Assembly (NCBI GenBank): GCA_041644975.1
Contig: JBAZQX010000002.1
Span: 20,603-84,602 of the forward strand
Source of the DNA: Candidatus Doudnabacteria bacterium
Lineage (GTDB): Bacteria > Patescibacteriota > JAQUNI01
Direction of reading: 5' to 3'
DNA: 64,000 bases
Shown here one piece after another: positions 42,944-53,214 of this stretch; position 1 is the stretch's first letter; every line of letters starts with the position of its first letter. The notes beneath the pieces are model-generated. The model was not told the origin of the DNA. It saw only the letters and a program-made list of their open reading frames with translations, and made no database searches. The translations under genes and the position numbers were made by a program.

Positions 42944-43285
42944 GTGACTCTAAAAAAAGTGGCCGAAGACACAAAGACCCCTCCTTCTCCTCAAGGAGGC
43001 AAAGACGTTGAGGAGAATAAAGTTTTAGCGGCGATTAGCTATCTCTGGATTATCAGCTTGGTGATTCTGCTTATAAAGAAAGAGAGTCCTTTCGCGAAAT
43101 TTCACGCTAAGCAAGGGCTGATTTTATGGATTGCTTCAGTTGTCTGCTGGATTATTCCAGTGGTGGGTTGGATTTTGAATTTGGTGATTTTCATCTTTAT
43201 TGTCATTGGTTTTATTCAGGCTATGTCAGGAAAATGGTGGAAGGTGCCGGGGGTGGGTCAGATCGCGGAAAAAATCAAAATTTAA
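42944..43285 (+). CDS. DUF4870-like small membrane protein
   Basis: LAAISYL, FAKFHAKQG, IPVVG. Confidence 0.75.
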   Translation: MTLKKVAEDTKTPPSPQGGKDVEENKVLAAISYLWIISLVILLIKKESPFAKFHAKQGLILWIASVVCWIIPVVGWILNLVIFIFIVIGFIQAMSGKWWKVPGVGQIAEKIKI

Positions 43286-43429
43286 ATTCTCAAAAATTGG
43301 CTTTAGAATTGGAAGGGGTTCTCTTTTTTTCAAGAGGCGGATTTCTTGTTGGTTTTATTCCACCATGAGAATATTGTAGGTGTTAGCTTATGACGATAAA
43401 CATTTAAGTTATTCTAAAATTTTAATTTT

Positions 43430-44884
43430 GTGTTGAAAAAGCAAACAAAAATTATCTGCACCATTGGACCAGCATCCAGCAGGATGGAGACTATTCTGAC
43501 GATGCTGAAAGAAGGGATGGATGTGGCCCGGGTTAATTTTTCCCACGGAACACAGGAGGATAACGGCGCTTTGATCCGCAATGTGCGCGGCGCGGCGCGC
43601 GCTCTGGGGAAAGGAGTGGCGATTATTCAAGATCTTCAAGGGCCGCGCGTGCGCGTGAGCAACATTAAAAAAGGAGGTTTAACATTAAATGAAGGTGAAA
43701 TCGCGATTATTACTACCGCACCCCTTACCCCGCGACAGAAAAAAAATCAAGACAAGCTCAAGGTTTTTCAGGTTGCTTACAAGAAGTTGGATCAAGATCT
43801 AAAAAAAGGAAGAATTATTTTGATTGATGACGGTCTCCTTAAACTTAAAGTCCTCGCTATTAGCAAGAGAGAGATTAAGTGCCGCGTTTTGATTGGCGGT
43901 TTGCTCACTTCCGGGCGAGGAATGAATTTTCCAGGGTCTGCTTTGGGTCTATCCGCCATCACCCCCAAGGACAGACAGGACTTAGAGTATGGGATCAAGA
44001 TAGGAGTTGATTTTGTCGCCCTTTCTTTTGTGCAGAGTACAGAGGATGTGTTGGCTCTAAGACGTTTGATTAAGGTCTACGAGAATCGGGAAACGCCGCG
44101 GACCAAGATTATTGCCAAGATTGAAAAAGAGGAGGCTTTAAATAATTTAGAAGCGATCATTGAGGAAGCGGATGGCATTATGATCGCGCGCGGAGATTTG
44201 GGTATTGAAATTGATCCTACACGTCTGCCCTTAATTCAAAAAGAGATTATTAGCAAGTGTTTAGCCGCGGCGAAGCCGGTGATTGTGGCTACTCATATGT
44301 TGGATTCTATGCAGGAGAATCCTCGGCCGACGCGAGCGGAAATTTCCGACGTTGCCAACAGCGTGATGGACCATGTCGACGCGGTGATGTTGTCCCAAGA
44401 AACGGCAACAGGCAAGTATCCTACAGAGGCGGTGAAGTTTATGGCCCGCACCTGCGTCGAGACCGAACGCTCGCCCTATGATGATATTATTTATCCCTCT
44501 CATCCCACAAAGAAAGAGCTATCGCCGGTTTTAGCGATGAGTCAGGCGGCTTGCATTCTGGTTTCCAATATTCGCGCCAAAGCGATTTTAGTGACTACGC
44601 GTTCTGGTTTTTCCGCCCGGGCGCTTGTGAGCCACAGGCCGAACGCCAGTTCCATTATTGTCGTAACCGGCAGCCCCAATGTTTACCGCGAACTTTTGCT
44701 TTCTTGGGGTATCACTCCTTATCTTGTTCAGGATTTTCACGATAGCCAGATGCTCATCCAGAAGAGTATAAAGACACTTCAGAAAGAAGAATTGGTAAAG
44801 GCAGGGGACAGGGTGGTAGTAATGACTGGATTTAAAGAGCGAGGCAATGGCTGGTCCACGTCTTTACGCATTGTGACTGTTTGA
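43430..44884 (+). CDS. pyk: Pyruvate kinase
   Basis: TKIICTIGPAS, RVNFSHG, IIAKIE, MIARGDLG, PTRAE. Confidence 0.97.
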   Translation: MLKKQTKIICTIGPASSRMETILTMLKEGMDVARVNFSHGTQEDNGALIRNVRGAARALGKGVAIIQDLQGPRVRVSNIKKGGLTLNEGEIAIITTAPLTPRQKKNQDKLKVFQVAYKKLDQDLKKGRIILIDDGLLKLKVLAISKREIKCRVLIGGLLTSGRGMNFPGSALGLSAITPKDRQDLEYGIKIGVDFVALSFVQSTEDVLALRRLIKVYENRETPRTKIIAKIEKEEALNNLEAIIEEADGIMIARGDLGIEIDPTRLPLIQKEIISKCLAAAKPVIVATHMLDSMQENPRPTRAEISDVANSVMDHVDAVMLSQETATGKYPTEAVKFMARTCVETERSPYDDIIYPSHPTKKELSPVLAMSQAACILVSNIRAKAILVTTRSGFSARALVSHRPNASSIIVVTGSPNVYRELLLSWGITPYLVQDFHDSQMLIQKSIKTLQKEELVKAGDRVVVMTGFKERGNGWSTSLRIVTV

Positions 44885-45151
44885 CTTTTTTTCTTTTTAT
44901 ATTATAATTAAAGCACCTAAGACATGGGTGTTTTTTGGTTTTTACTTAACACTAATGAAAGGGGTGATAAGGTGAAAAGAAGCTTGTACCTCCGTGGGGA
45001 CTCGTTCTTTGGCATACTGACAATCCATCGCTTTGGGAGGTGATGAATGATGCGGGGGAAAGTAAAGTTTTTGTTCCTTGTTCCAATTTGACTGCAGCCC
45101 TTTTTGTTTTAGGCCTATCCAATAAACTTTCAAGAATGAAGGAGAACTAAG

Positions 45152-45415
45152 ATGACTCGACAAGCATTTAAAAACAGCGTTATTGCAATCATCAAGCAAG
45201 CGTGTAAAGCAGTAAATTTTTCCCTGGTTAGTTTCAGGGAAATTGCATTCTTTCAAAGAACTGGAAGCACCGTAAGGAAGATTGTTAAAATTCCTCGGAA
45301 GATTGTTAACGCTATTGGATTGTCGCAGCAAAAGTTTCAGGGTAGTGCGGATTACATCCTAGGTTTAATTCTTAAGGATGTGGGACATTTATTAAAGGCT
45401 GCAGAAACAGTATAG
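45152..45415 (+). CDS. Small basic hypothetical protein
   Basis: AAGGAG SD; terminator AGGGCA..TGCCCTTTT. Confidence 0.55.
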   Translation: MTRQAFKNSVIAIIKQACKAVNFSLVSFREIAFFQRTGSTVRKIVKIPRKIVNAIGLSQQKFQGSADYILGLILKDVGHLLKAAETV

Positions 45416-45576
45416 TTTGGTTTGAGTTTAATATTTAGTCCGAGGGCATTGGTAAACAGTGCCCTTTTCTTTTTGGCTAAATTTCGTTATAATTAAGAAA
45501 ATTGCGCTTAAAAATAGCAGTAGAGACAGATTTTAAACCTGTCTCTGCAGTGTCTATCAAGATTCATAAAAGCAAG

Positions 45577-45665
45577 GGAGAGGTCGCATAGTTGGTCTAG
45601 TGCGCACGCTTGGAAAGCGTGTATGCCGCAAGGCATCGCGAGTTCGAATCTCGCCCTCTCCGCCA
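45577..45665 (+). tRNA. tRNA-Ser(GGA)
   Basis: GGAGAGG/CCTCTCC, CACGC-TTGGAAA-GCGTG, long variable arm, GTTCGAAT, CCA. Confidence 0.95.
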
Positions 45666-45700
45666 AGATCGCCAAGGCTTCAGAACGGCAGGCCTTTGTT

Positions 45701-45811
45701 ATGTACTACGTTTATATAATTTTTAGTAATAAAACTATGGCAAATTCTAAAGAAGCAAAAGCGAGAATAAAAATAAACAAACTGCTTGAACCCAGCTTAT
45801 TAGTTGCGTAA
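45701..45811 (+). pseudogene. Fused relics: GIY-YIG N-terminus plus type I restriction HsdR-like N-terminus
   Basis: MYYVYIIFS (45701) followed by MANSKEAKARIKINKLLE (45737). Confidence 0.55.
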
Positions 45812-46024
45812 TTAAATAACCTTTTATGGTATAATATACATGTCATAATTTTAATTTTTACCGCGAAGCGGTGGGAAAAATTTCCCTTTTCCTTTTACCT
45901 GCCCGCCAAAGCGTTAGTGTCGGAGGGGCTTCCTTATTGGGGATTTTACTTAAAGAATGTTCCCTCCAGAGGCGGGCAGGCGAACTTCGTCCAAAAAACA
46001 CCGCCTTTGGTTCGATGGGAAGCC

Positions 46025-46080
46025 TGTTAACTATTGACAATAACATTAACATATGTTAACTTTAAGAAAGTGACTTAACA
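46025..46080 (+). promoter_or_regulatory. Promoter with TTAACA operator repeats
   Basis: TTGACA 46034, TG-t-TAACTT; TTAACATATGTTAA palindrome plus extra half-sites. Confidence 0.6.
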
Positions 46081-46084
46081 GCCT

Positions 46085-46810
46085 ATGGAATTAAAAGAAT
46101 TTTATACTACAAAAGAATTGGCCGAGTTGTTAGGAATCAGCCGGGTGGCTGTTTTTAACAGGATTAAAAAAGGCGATATTAAAGCGCAAAAAATGGGTCG
46201 TAATTTTATTATTTTCAAAAAAGATATTGGGGATATAGATGTTTTTTTGAGTGATTTATTTAGGACTGCCAAGGATTGGGCAATTTCGCAAAAAGAATTT
46301 CCCGAGCAATTTTATTGTCAAAATAGCGGAGTGTTTCAGGCTCGCGTTACAAAAATGGGTGGCTTAATGATGGAAAACAAAGACGCGAAAGAATTATTTT
46401 CCTTGCTTACATCTATCGCTGGTGAAATAGGAAATAATTCATATGATCATAATCTGGGTCAGTGGCCAGATGACCCCGGTATTTTTTTTGGCTACGATTT
46501 AGATAAAAAGCAAATTGTTTTAGCCGATAGAGGATTAGGAATATTGAAAACTTTAAAAAGAGTAAAGCCAGAACTTGAAGACCATGAACAGGCATTGAGG
46601 GTTGCATTTACTGAAATAATTTCTGGCAGAAAGCCAGAGGCTCGAGGCAATGGATTAAAATATGTTAGAAGCGTTATCGCGAATAATCCAATAAATTTAA
46701 TTTTTCAAACAGGTAATGCGAAATTAATATTAAACAGCGGCAGTGCGAATTTGAATATTAAAATAGCCAAGGAAAATATCCGTGGTTGCATTGCCTTAAT
46801 TACTTATTGA
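46085..46810 (+). CDS. Excisionase-type HTH + GHKL-like (HATPase) protein
   Basis: YTTKELAELLGISR; EIGNNSYDH, DRGLG, RGNGL. Confidence 0.8.
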   Translation: MELKEFYTTKELAELLGISRVAVFNRIKKGDIKAQKMGRNFIIFKKDIGDIDVFLSDLFRTAKDWAISQKEFPEQFYCQNSGVFQARVTKMGGLMMENKDAKELFSLLTSIAGEIGNNSYDHNLGQWPDDPGIFFGYDLDKKQIVLADRGLGILKTLKRVKPELEDHEQALRVAFTEIISGRKPEARGNGLKYVRSVIANNPINLIFQTGNAKLILNSGSANLNIKIAKENIRGCIALITY

Positions 46811-46812
46811 CT

Positions 46813-47082
46813 ATGATTATAGAAATAAAAAAATTTGGCACAACATTAATTTCTCGACAAACGGGAAGAGAGGCTTTTTTGGCCTTGCAACCGTTTTTAA
46901 AAGATGTAAAAGAGGGCGAAATAATTGAGGTGGATTTTGACGGCGTCCTGACTTTTTCACCATCTTGGGGGGATGAGTTTTTGACGCCGTTATTCAATAT
47001 TTATGGAGATAGATTGGTTTTAAAGAACACAAGCAATCCTTCAGTGCAAGCCACTTTAGATATACTAGGGAAAACCATTTAA
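46813..47082 (+). CDS. STAS-like DUF4325 protein
   Basis: LISRQTG, VDFDGV..SPSWGDEF. Confidence 0.75.
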   Translation: MIIEIKKFGTTLISRQTGREAFLALQPFLKDVKEGEIIEVDFDGVLTFSPSWGDEFLTPLFNIYGDRLVLKNTSNPSVQATLDILGKTI

Positions 47083-47087
47083 AAAAT

Positions 47088-47816
47088 ATGATTGATAGAC
47101 CGATTACAACTTTATTTATGTTGAGTTCGCTGGATGGGAAGATTTCGACTGGCGATATGGACGAGATGGATACTGATTCTGATTTTCGGAAGATTAAAGG
47201 GATCAAAGAGGGAGTCCAGCAGTATTATGATCTTGAAAAAACCACGGATATGCATTTTTTGATCACGGGTAAGGTAATGACGAAGCAATGTGAGTCGTTG
47301 AATGTGAATAATAGAAAAGACGAGCCGACTAAGCTTTCGGCTAACTGCATAATAGTAGACGGAGTTCATTTGCAAGAAAGTGGCATTCTATATCTTTTAA
47401 AAAAGTTTAATTCATTAACTGTCGTAACAACTAACGAAAATCATCCGGCAATAAAAATCAAATCGGAAAATTTAAAAATAATCAGTTACAAAGATAAAAT
47501 TAATTTTTCGGATTTATTCAAAAAGCTGAAGTCAGATTATGGTATTAAAAGAATTACCATTCAGTCTGGTGGCACAATGAATGCGGTCCTCTTAAGAAAC
47601 AAATTGATTGACCGTATTTCATTAGTGGTTGCCCCTTGTCTTATTGGCGGGAAAGACACTGCCAGTTTGATTGGCGGAGAATCGTTGCATAATCAAAAAG
47701 AACTAAAATATGTTAAAGCGTTAAGACTCAAGCGGTGCGATGTATTAGAAAATTCGTACTTGCATTTGCAATATGATGTCATTAACAAAAAAGAAGTTGA
47801 AAAATTTGTTATGTAG
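47088..47816 (+). CDS. RibD C-terminal/DHFR-family reductase
   Basis: SSLDGKIS, IQSGGTMN, LIDRISLVVAP. Confidence 0.82.
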   Translation: MIDRPITTLFMLSSLDGKISTGDMDEMDTDSDFRKIKGIKEGVQQYYDLEKTTDMHFLITGKVMTKQCESLNVNNRKDEPTKLSANCIIVDGVHLQESGILYLLKKFNSLTVVTTNENHPAIKIKSENLKIISYKDKINFSDLFKKLKSDYGIKRITIQSGGTMNAVLLRNKLIDRISLVVAPCLIGGKDTASLIGGESLHNQKELKYVKALRLKRCDVLENSYLHLQYDVINKKEVEKFVM

Positions 47817-47876
47817 ACAGCAGGCGCAATAATCATCTATGCCATAATTATAAGAATGTAACAAACAATAAAAAAT

Positions 47877-48200
47877 ATGGACACAAAAAATATAACCACG
47901 GCTTTTGAACTGCCGGGCAAAAAGATAACCCGAAATTTGGGTTTGGTGCGGGGTATCACTGTCCGCTCAAGGTCAATTTTTGGCTCAATCGGCGGCTCCT
48001 TGCAAACTTTGGTTGGAGGAAACATTTCGCTGTTCACTTCTTTATGCGAGAAAACGCGCCAGCAGTCGTTTGACTTAATGGTAAAGCATGCCGAGGAAAT
48101 GGGCGCCAATGCCATTATCGCGGTGCGCTATGATGCCAATGAAGTTATGTCCGGCGTAACTGAAGTGCTTTGCTATGGTACTGCAGTGGTGGTTGAATAA
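47877..48200 (+). CDS. YbjQ/UPF0145 family protein
   Basis: LGLVRG, MGANAI, YGTAV. Confidence 0.9.
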   Translation: MDTKNITTAFELPGKKITRNLGLVRGITVRSRSIFGSIGGSLQTLVGGNISLFTSLCEKTRQQSFDLMVKHAEEMGANAIIAVRYDANEVMSGVTEVLCYGTAVVVE

Positions 48201-48319
48201 AAGATTAGCAAAATAAATTTTTTCAATGAATTTCCAATAAATTGAACTTCAGATATCTCGGAACGTTATACGCCATAATTAAAAGCCTTAATAAAAATAG
48301 CCTTCAAAAAAAACAATAT

Positions 48320-48649
48320 ATGAGTATGAAATCCGCTCAAGAACAAATCAAAAACATTTTTGACGAGATTAATAAAAAGAAAGGATTAAAACCAGATCCA
48401 TATTATTCCTTTGTCAGAATAGTGGAAGAGATCGGCGAAGTCGCCCGACAGATTTTTAGCAAAAAAGTTCGTCCTGAAAAGTATGACGAGGAAAATTTCA
48501 AAGAAGAGATCGTGGATGTTATCATAGAATTGTTGTACTACAGTTCTTTGCACGGCATTGAAATAGAAAAAATGATTTTTGAGAAATTGGAAAAAATACG
48601 TCAAAATAATTTAAACAGCAAGCCCAAAAATTCACATAACAGCGTGTGA
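48320..48649 (+). CDS. MazG-like nucleotide pyrophosphohydrolase
   Basis: EEIGEVA, EEIVDV. Confidence 0.8.
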   Translation: MSMKSAQEQIKNIFDEINKKKGLKPDPYYSFVRIVEEIGEVARQIFSKKVRPEKYDEENFKEEIVDVIIELLYYSSLHGIEIEKMIFEKLEKIRQNNLNSKPKNSHNSV

Positions 48650-48708
48650 TGAAGCATGTGGTTCAATTCATAAGAGTTGAATCATCAGTTTAATATTAAC
48701 AAATCAAT

Positions 48709-49020
48709 ATGAAGCAGACAAAATTAATTTTCACAGGTTTTCTGGACGCGTTTAGTGTTGCTGTTTATGTAGTCGTGATATCATTGATTCTAGGGCAGGG
48801 CGAAAAAATATTCGGCAAGATGGATAATTTTCTCGGGCCCGTGGCGCTCTTACTGCTTCTCGTTTTGTCCGCCGCGATTACCGGAGCGCTCACGCTCGGC
48901 CGACCGATTCTTCTTTATCTTCAAGGTTGTAAGAGGGAGGCGATTGGGCTTTTTCTTTACACTCTAGGCTGGCTTTTTTTAATGACCTTGTTGGTTTTTA
49001 TATTGCAAGTTTTAAAATAA
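48709..49020 (+). CDS. Small membrane protein
   Basis: 3 hydrophobic segments. Confidence 0.7.
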   Translation: MKQTKLIFTGFLDAFSVAVYVVVISLILGQGEKIFGKMDNFLGPVALLLLLVLSAAITGALTLGRPILLYLQGCKREAIGLFLYTLGWLFLMTLLVFILQVLK

Positions 49021-49044
49021 AATTTATTCTTAAAACATAAAAAT

Positions 49045-49797
49045 ATGTACATCGTTATTTTGATCGTCCCCGTTATCATTGTTATGCTCTCCATCAAACA
49101 AATTAACCAATACCAAAAGGGGGTGAAGTTCACGCTGGGGAAGTTCGCGGGCATTTTAAATCCGGGCTGGAGAATCGTGGTGCCAGTTTTTCAGGGTTAT
49201 CGCAAGGTGGATATGCGGATTAAGGCGGTGGATGTGCCAAATCAAGAAGCAATTACGAAAGATAATATTTCGGTGACGGTAAACGCGGTTATTTATTACA
49301 AAGTGCGCGACGCGCAGAAAGCGATTATTGAAGTGGAAAATTATTTTTACGCCGTTTCACAATTAGCACAGACAACAATGCGGAATGTGGTAGGTGAAGT
49401 AAATTTAGATGAATTATTGTCTGGCAGAGAGGCGATCGCGGAAAAAATTCGAGGGATCGTGGAAAAATCCGCGGATGTTTGGGGGATTGATGTGCATTCG
49501 GTTGAACTGAAAGACGTGACTTTGCCCGAACAGATGAAGAGAGTGATTGGCAAGCAAGCGGAAGCAGAACGGGAACGGCGGGCGGTAATTATTAAAGCGG
49601 AAGGAGAAGCGGCGGCGGCAACAAATTTGGCTAAGGCGGCAACAATTTTATCCGCGGCAAATGGCGCGTTGCATTTGCGCACGCTAAATACCTTAAACGA
49701 CCTTGGCGCAGATAAATCAAACACGGTTGTCTTTGCTATTCCAGTAGAAATTTTACGGGCTTTGGAAAAGAAGGGGAGTGATTATCCAAATCGATAA
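49045..49797 (+). CDS. SPFH/stomatin family protein
   Basis: TKDNISV, AQTTMR, QAEAERERRA. Confidence 0.92.
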   Translation: MYIVILIVPVIIVMLSIKQINQYQKGVKFTLGKFAGILNPGWRIVVPVFQGYRKVDMRIKAVDVPNQEAITKDNISVTVNAVIYYKVRDAQKAIIEVENYFYAVSQLAQTTMRNVVGEVNLDELLSGREAIAEKIRGIVEKSADVWGIDVHSVELKDVTLPEQMKRVIGKQAEAERERRAVIIKAEGEAAAATNLAKAATILSAANGALHLRTLNTLNDLGADKSNTVVFAIPVEILRALEKKGSDYPNR

Positions 49798-49823
49798 ATC
49801 ACCTTTTAAACAAAAATAAAAAA

Positions 49824-51035
49824 ATGAAAACAAAAAACAAAAAATCTCCGCAACAAGGCTTAGCGAAGCCGTATGGGGTTCTTATTGTTTTTTTAGTGAT
49901 TTTAGGATTGGCGATCCTTGGCTATTTCATTTATAGGGGGCCAGCCAAACCGGACGAGGTGATTTCAGAAAATGGTACGGGAGTAGTACCGGAGGTAGAA
50001 AATGGGCCCGTCGTGATTCCGCAGAAGATTTTGGACAATAAATTTGGCTTTTTGTCCGCGGGATTTGATGATTATTTGTTTATGAATAGCGTTGGCGCAG
50101 GCTGGGTGAGACCGCATCCGGGCGCGTTTCTGTGGGATGCCATGCAGAAAAACAAAGGTGCGGACTATAACTTTACCAACACTGACCGCGCAGTGAAAAA
50201 ATACCAGGAGCATAATTTGGCGATTCTCGCCACGCTTTGGCCTTTCGCGGAATGGGATCAGAAAAGCAGGGATGGTTTTGACCTTTGCGCGGTGAGTGAG
50301 AACGATGAGTTTTTACTGGATATAACCGGAAAGAGAGGCGAGGAATATATCGCCCAGCATAGATGCGCTCCTATGGATTGGACGGCTTATACGGCTTGGG
50401 TGAAAAATGTAGTAGAGAGATATGATGGCGACGGCAATGCTGATATGCCGGGACTCAAAATGCCAATTAAATATTGGGAAGTGATGAATGAGCCGGATTT
50501 AGACGGCAACGACAGATTGGATTTTTGGAAAGACAGCGTAGCAGCATATGCGCAACTCTTAGTGCGCACAAGTGCGGCAATAAAAGAGGCGGATCCGGAA
50601 GCCCGGGTCGTTATTGCTGGAGCTGCAGGAGGGGACAAAAGATTTTTGGATTTTTACCGTTCAATTTTTAAACAGAAGGAAGTGATAGAAACATTTGATA
50701 TTGCCAATGTCCATTGCATTTCCAATGATTCTTATGATTCCTTTAATGTTGAGCCGTATAAAAAGATGCTAGCCGAATTCAAGATTAATAAACCGATTTG
50801 GGTTACAGAGGCAGAGGCAATAGTATCAGCGGATATGGATGTTAATGCGACGCAGACTATGAGGAGCGCGGATAAAGCGCTTTCTCTGGGGGCGGAGAGG
50901 ATTTTTTTCACGCGTTACGACTTTGGGACGCGCGGGGATTTGAATGATCGGCCGATGGAGAATGTCCCTTTGATTAAGGCTGAAATTTTCGGCAAAGACC
51001 CAGAAGCAGCATATAAAAAAATTATTAGCCAGTAG
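49824..51035 (+). CDS. Membrane-anchored clan GH-A glycoside hydrolase
   Basis: YWEVMNEPD, KPIWVTE. Confidence 0.75.
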   Translation: MKTKNKKSPQQGLAKPYGVLIVFLVILGLAILGYFIYRGPAKPDEVISENGTGVVPEVENGPVVIPQKILDNKFGFLSAGFDDYLFMNSVGAGWVRPHPGAFLWDAMQKNKGADYNFTNTDRAVKKYQEHNLAILATLWPFAEWDQKSRDGFDLCAVSENDEFLLDITGKRGEEYIAQHRCAPMDWTAYTAWVKNVVERYDGDGNADMPGLKMPIKYWEVMNEPDLDGNDRLDFWKDSVAAYAQLLVRTSAAIKEADPEARVVIAGAAGGDKRFLDFYRSIFKQKEVIETFDIANVHCISNDSYDSFNVEPYKKMLAEFKINKPIWVTEAEAIVSADMDVNATQTMRSADKALSLGAERIFFTRYDFGTRGDLNDRPMENVPLIKAEIFGKDPEAAYKKIISQ

Positions 51036-51079
51036 TTATTATTTGGAAAGATATTAACTAAAATAATTAAAAGTAGTTC

Positions 51080-51637
51080 ATGAAAAAATCACACGAAAAT
51101 TTATTAAAAGCAATCGCTGGCGAATCTATGGCGCGGAATAAATACACTTATTACGCGGAAATCGCGATGAAAGAGGTATTAGTCTGGATCGCGCGCGTTT
51201 TTGAGGAAACGGCGGATAATGAAAGAGCGCACGCGCAAGAGGAATTAGAAAAATTGCGTGAAAAGACAGAGATGACAAATACTTACGACATTCATCCGCT
51301 GGGGACGACTTTGGAAAATTTGCGTAACGCGGCCGCGGGGGAAACCTACGAGTTTGGCACGATGTATCCTGATTTTGAGAAAACGGCCCGTGAGGAAGGT
51401 GAAGAAGCCATCGCTACTTTATTTAAAGAGATTGCCGAGGTGGAAGAGAAGCATGCCGAGCGCTATAATATTTTGGCTGAGCGTCTAGAAAAAGGATTGC
51501 TTTTCAAAAATAATACAGAGATTGAATGGAAATGTTTAAACTGCGGGTATATCCACAAAGGAATATCGGCTCCTGAGAAATGCCCGCTTTGCCAAAAACC
51601 GCAAGGCTGGTATATGGCTTTGGGCGTTGTTAGATAA
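51080..51637 (+). CDS. Rubrerythrin
   Basis: GESMARNKY, ERAHA, EEKH, CLNCG..CPLC. Confidence 0.93.
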   Translation: MKKSHENLLKAIAGESMARNKYTYYAEIAMKEVLVWIARVFEETADNERAHAQEELEKLREKTEMTNTYDIHPLGTTLENLRNAAAGETYEFGTMYPDFEKTAREEGEEAIATLFKEIAEVEEKHAERYNILAERLEKGLLFKNNTEIEWKCLNCGYIHKGISAPEKCPLCQKPQGWYMALGVVR

Positions 51638-51713
51638 GATATGTTTTTTTGGGTCTATATTTTAACAGGATTGTCGGCTGACTTGATACCCGACATTCTA
51701 TTGATTAAAGATC

Positions 51714-52208
51714 ATGAAAGACCATAAGGGCTTATTCGGGAAGTATAATCCAATCGCCGACCTCTCTGTCCATACTATTTTATCTTTTGGAATTTCAATT
51801 TGGCTGATAGTTTTTCAGTTTCCTCTCGTTTATTTTGTTGCTTGTTTTTTAGCCGGATTATTATTAGATATGGATCATTTCTTGAATGGAGTCATTGCTA
51901 GGTTATTAAGAGTAAAGAGCCATGAAAGCAGCTTAATGTATGGATCTGGCGGTTGCGTAATTAAAATAGCGCACGGTTTTGATATTAGTTTTTTGTTCGG
52001 ACTATTATGTTTTTCCATAACATCCGATCCTGTTTTTGTGTTATTGATTTTTATGAGTTTGTGCGCGCATGAGTTTTGGGATTTCGTTGTTTATCCCCAT
52101 ACATGGAGAGAGTTGTTTTTATTCACCAGGATTAGAAAGGGTTTTTATCCCGGGCATAGAAAGAAATTCATCGGAAGAATATTTGATTATAAGACATTAA
52201 AATTTTAG
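51714..52208 (+). CDS. Membrane-bound metal-dependent hydrolase-like protein
   Basis: H, DMDH, AHG, HEFWD motifs. Confidence 0.55.
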   Translation: MKDHKGLFGKYNPIADLSVHTILSFGISIWLIVFQFPLVYFVACFLAGLLLDMDHFLNGVIARLLRVKSHESSLMYGSGGCVIKIAHGFDISFLFGLLCFSITSDPVFVLLIFMSLCAHEFWDFVVYPHTWRELFLFTRIRKGFYPGHRKKFIGRIFDYKTLKF

Positions 52209-52254
52209 GTTAATATAAAGGAAATGAAGCCATTAAAAAAAATAAATAAAAACC

Positions 52255-52740
52255 ATGGCTAAACCCACTACTTATGCCACGCCAATTTGTCTCGGCTTAA
52301 CAGTACTTTTGATTATTGGCGCTATAATCGGTGTTTGGAAAACGAGCCCTCTCGCGATCATTCTGTTTTTGTTGCCAGCGGTTGCCTACGAGGTTTACCG
52401 CACCGAAGGGAGGTCTACGAAGTTGGCTTCTTGGGTGATGCTTTTGATTTTGTTAGCGGAGATTATTACCGTTTCCTTCAATATTAATTTTAATTTGGCG
52501 AAATTTATTGGGGAGGAGGGGGGATATGTTGGCGGCTATTATATTCCTCTCGGTGACTTGAGGGTTATTTTTCCGGCCATTATCGCCGTCCTATCCATTA
52601 TCCTCTTTGTGAGGACTTATGGCCCTTATACTAAATGGCTGGCAGTTTTGATTTTTGTCGGCGCTTTTGTAATCATTTATGTCTTGGATCCAGCAGTACT
52701 AAAGATGCTTTTAATAGATAACATACGGAAAGTTTTTTAA
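52255..52740 (+). CDS. Membrane protein
   Basis: ~5 TMs. Confidence 0.7.
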   Translation: MAKPTTYATPICLGLTVLLIIGAIIGVWKTSPLAIILFLLPAVAYEVYRTEGRSTKLASWVMLLILLAEIITVSFNINFNLAKFIGEEGGYVGGYYIPLGDLRVIFPAIIAVLSIILFVRTYGPYTKWLAVLIFVGAFVIIYVLDPAVLKMLLIDNIRKVF

Positions 52741-52917
52741 TAGCGCATCATATAAAAAAGCCTAGCAGAATTGTCTTTATTTTAGCTTTTGAAGCCCTTC
52801 GCGGAGGGCTTCACTCGGGTTGTTGCTCAAAGGGGTTTAAGAGGTTGTTTGTTTTATTTTCATCTTCTTTAGGATATGTTAGAATAAGAGTAAGGAGTTG
52901 AATTGGCATTTAAACCT

Positions 52918-53178
52918 ATGGAGATAGAAAAGAGTTTTAGTGAAGAAGAAGCAAAACAAATTGGGGAAATGTTGGGCGTGGACTGGGCTCGTTTTGATCT
53001 CGCGCAATTTAGGCGCGGGATGGATGTGGAATTGGAGCATGGGCTATGCGACCCTAAAACTAATGTGAGCAACGATGATCCCTTAACCACAGGGAAAATT
53101 ACCTTGGCCCATTTAAATGAGCTCCCTGATTACTATACGCGGTTAGAAAGAATGGAAAAAGCAGCAGAAAGTCCTTAG
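52918..53178 (+). CDS. DUF5661-like protein
   Basis: GMDVELEHG, KITLAHLNELPDYYTRL. Confidence 0.75.
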   Translation: MEIEKSFSEEEAKQIGEMLGVDWARFDLAQFRRGMDVELEHGLCDPKTNVSNDDPLTTGKITLAHLNELPDYYTRLERMEKAAESP

Positions 53179-53214
53179 AACAAGAAAAATTTTTACAAAA
53201 TAAATTTAAAAACT

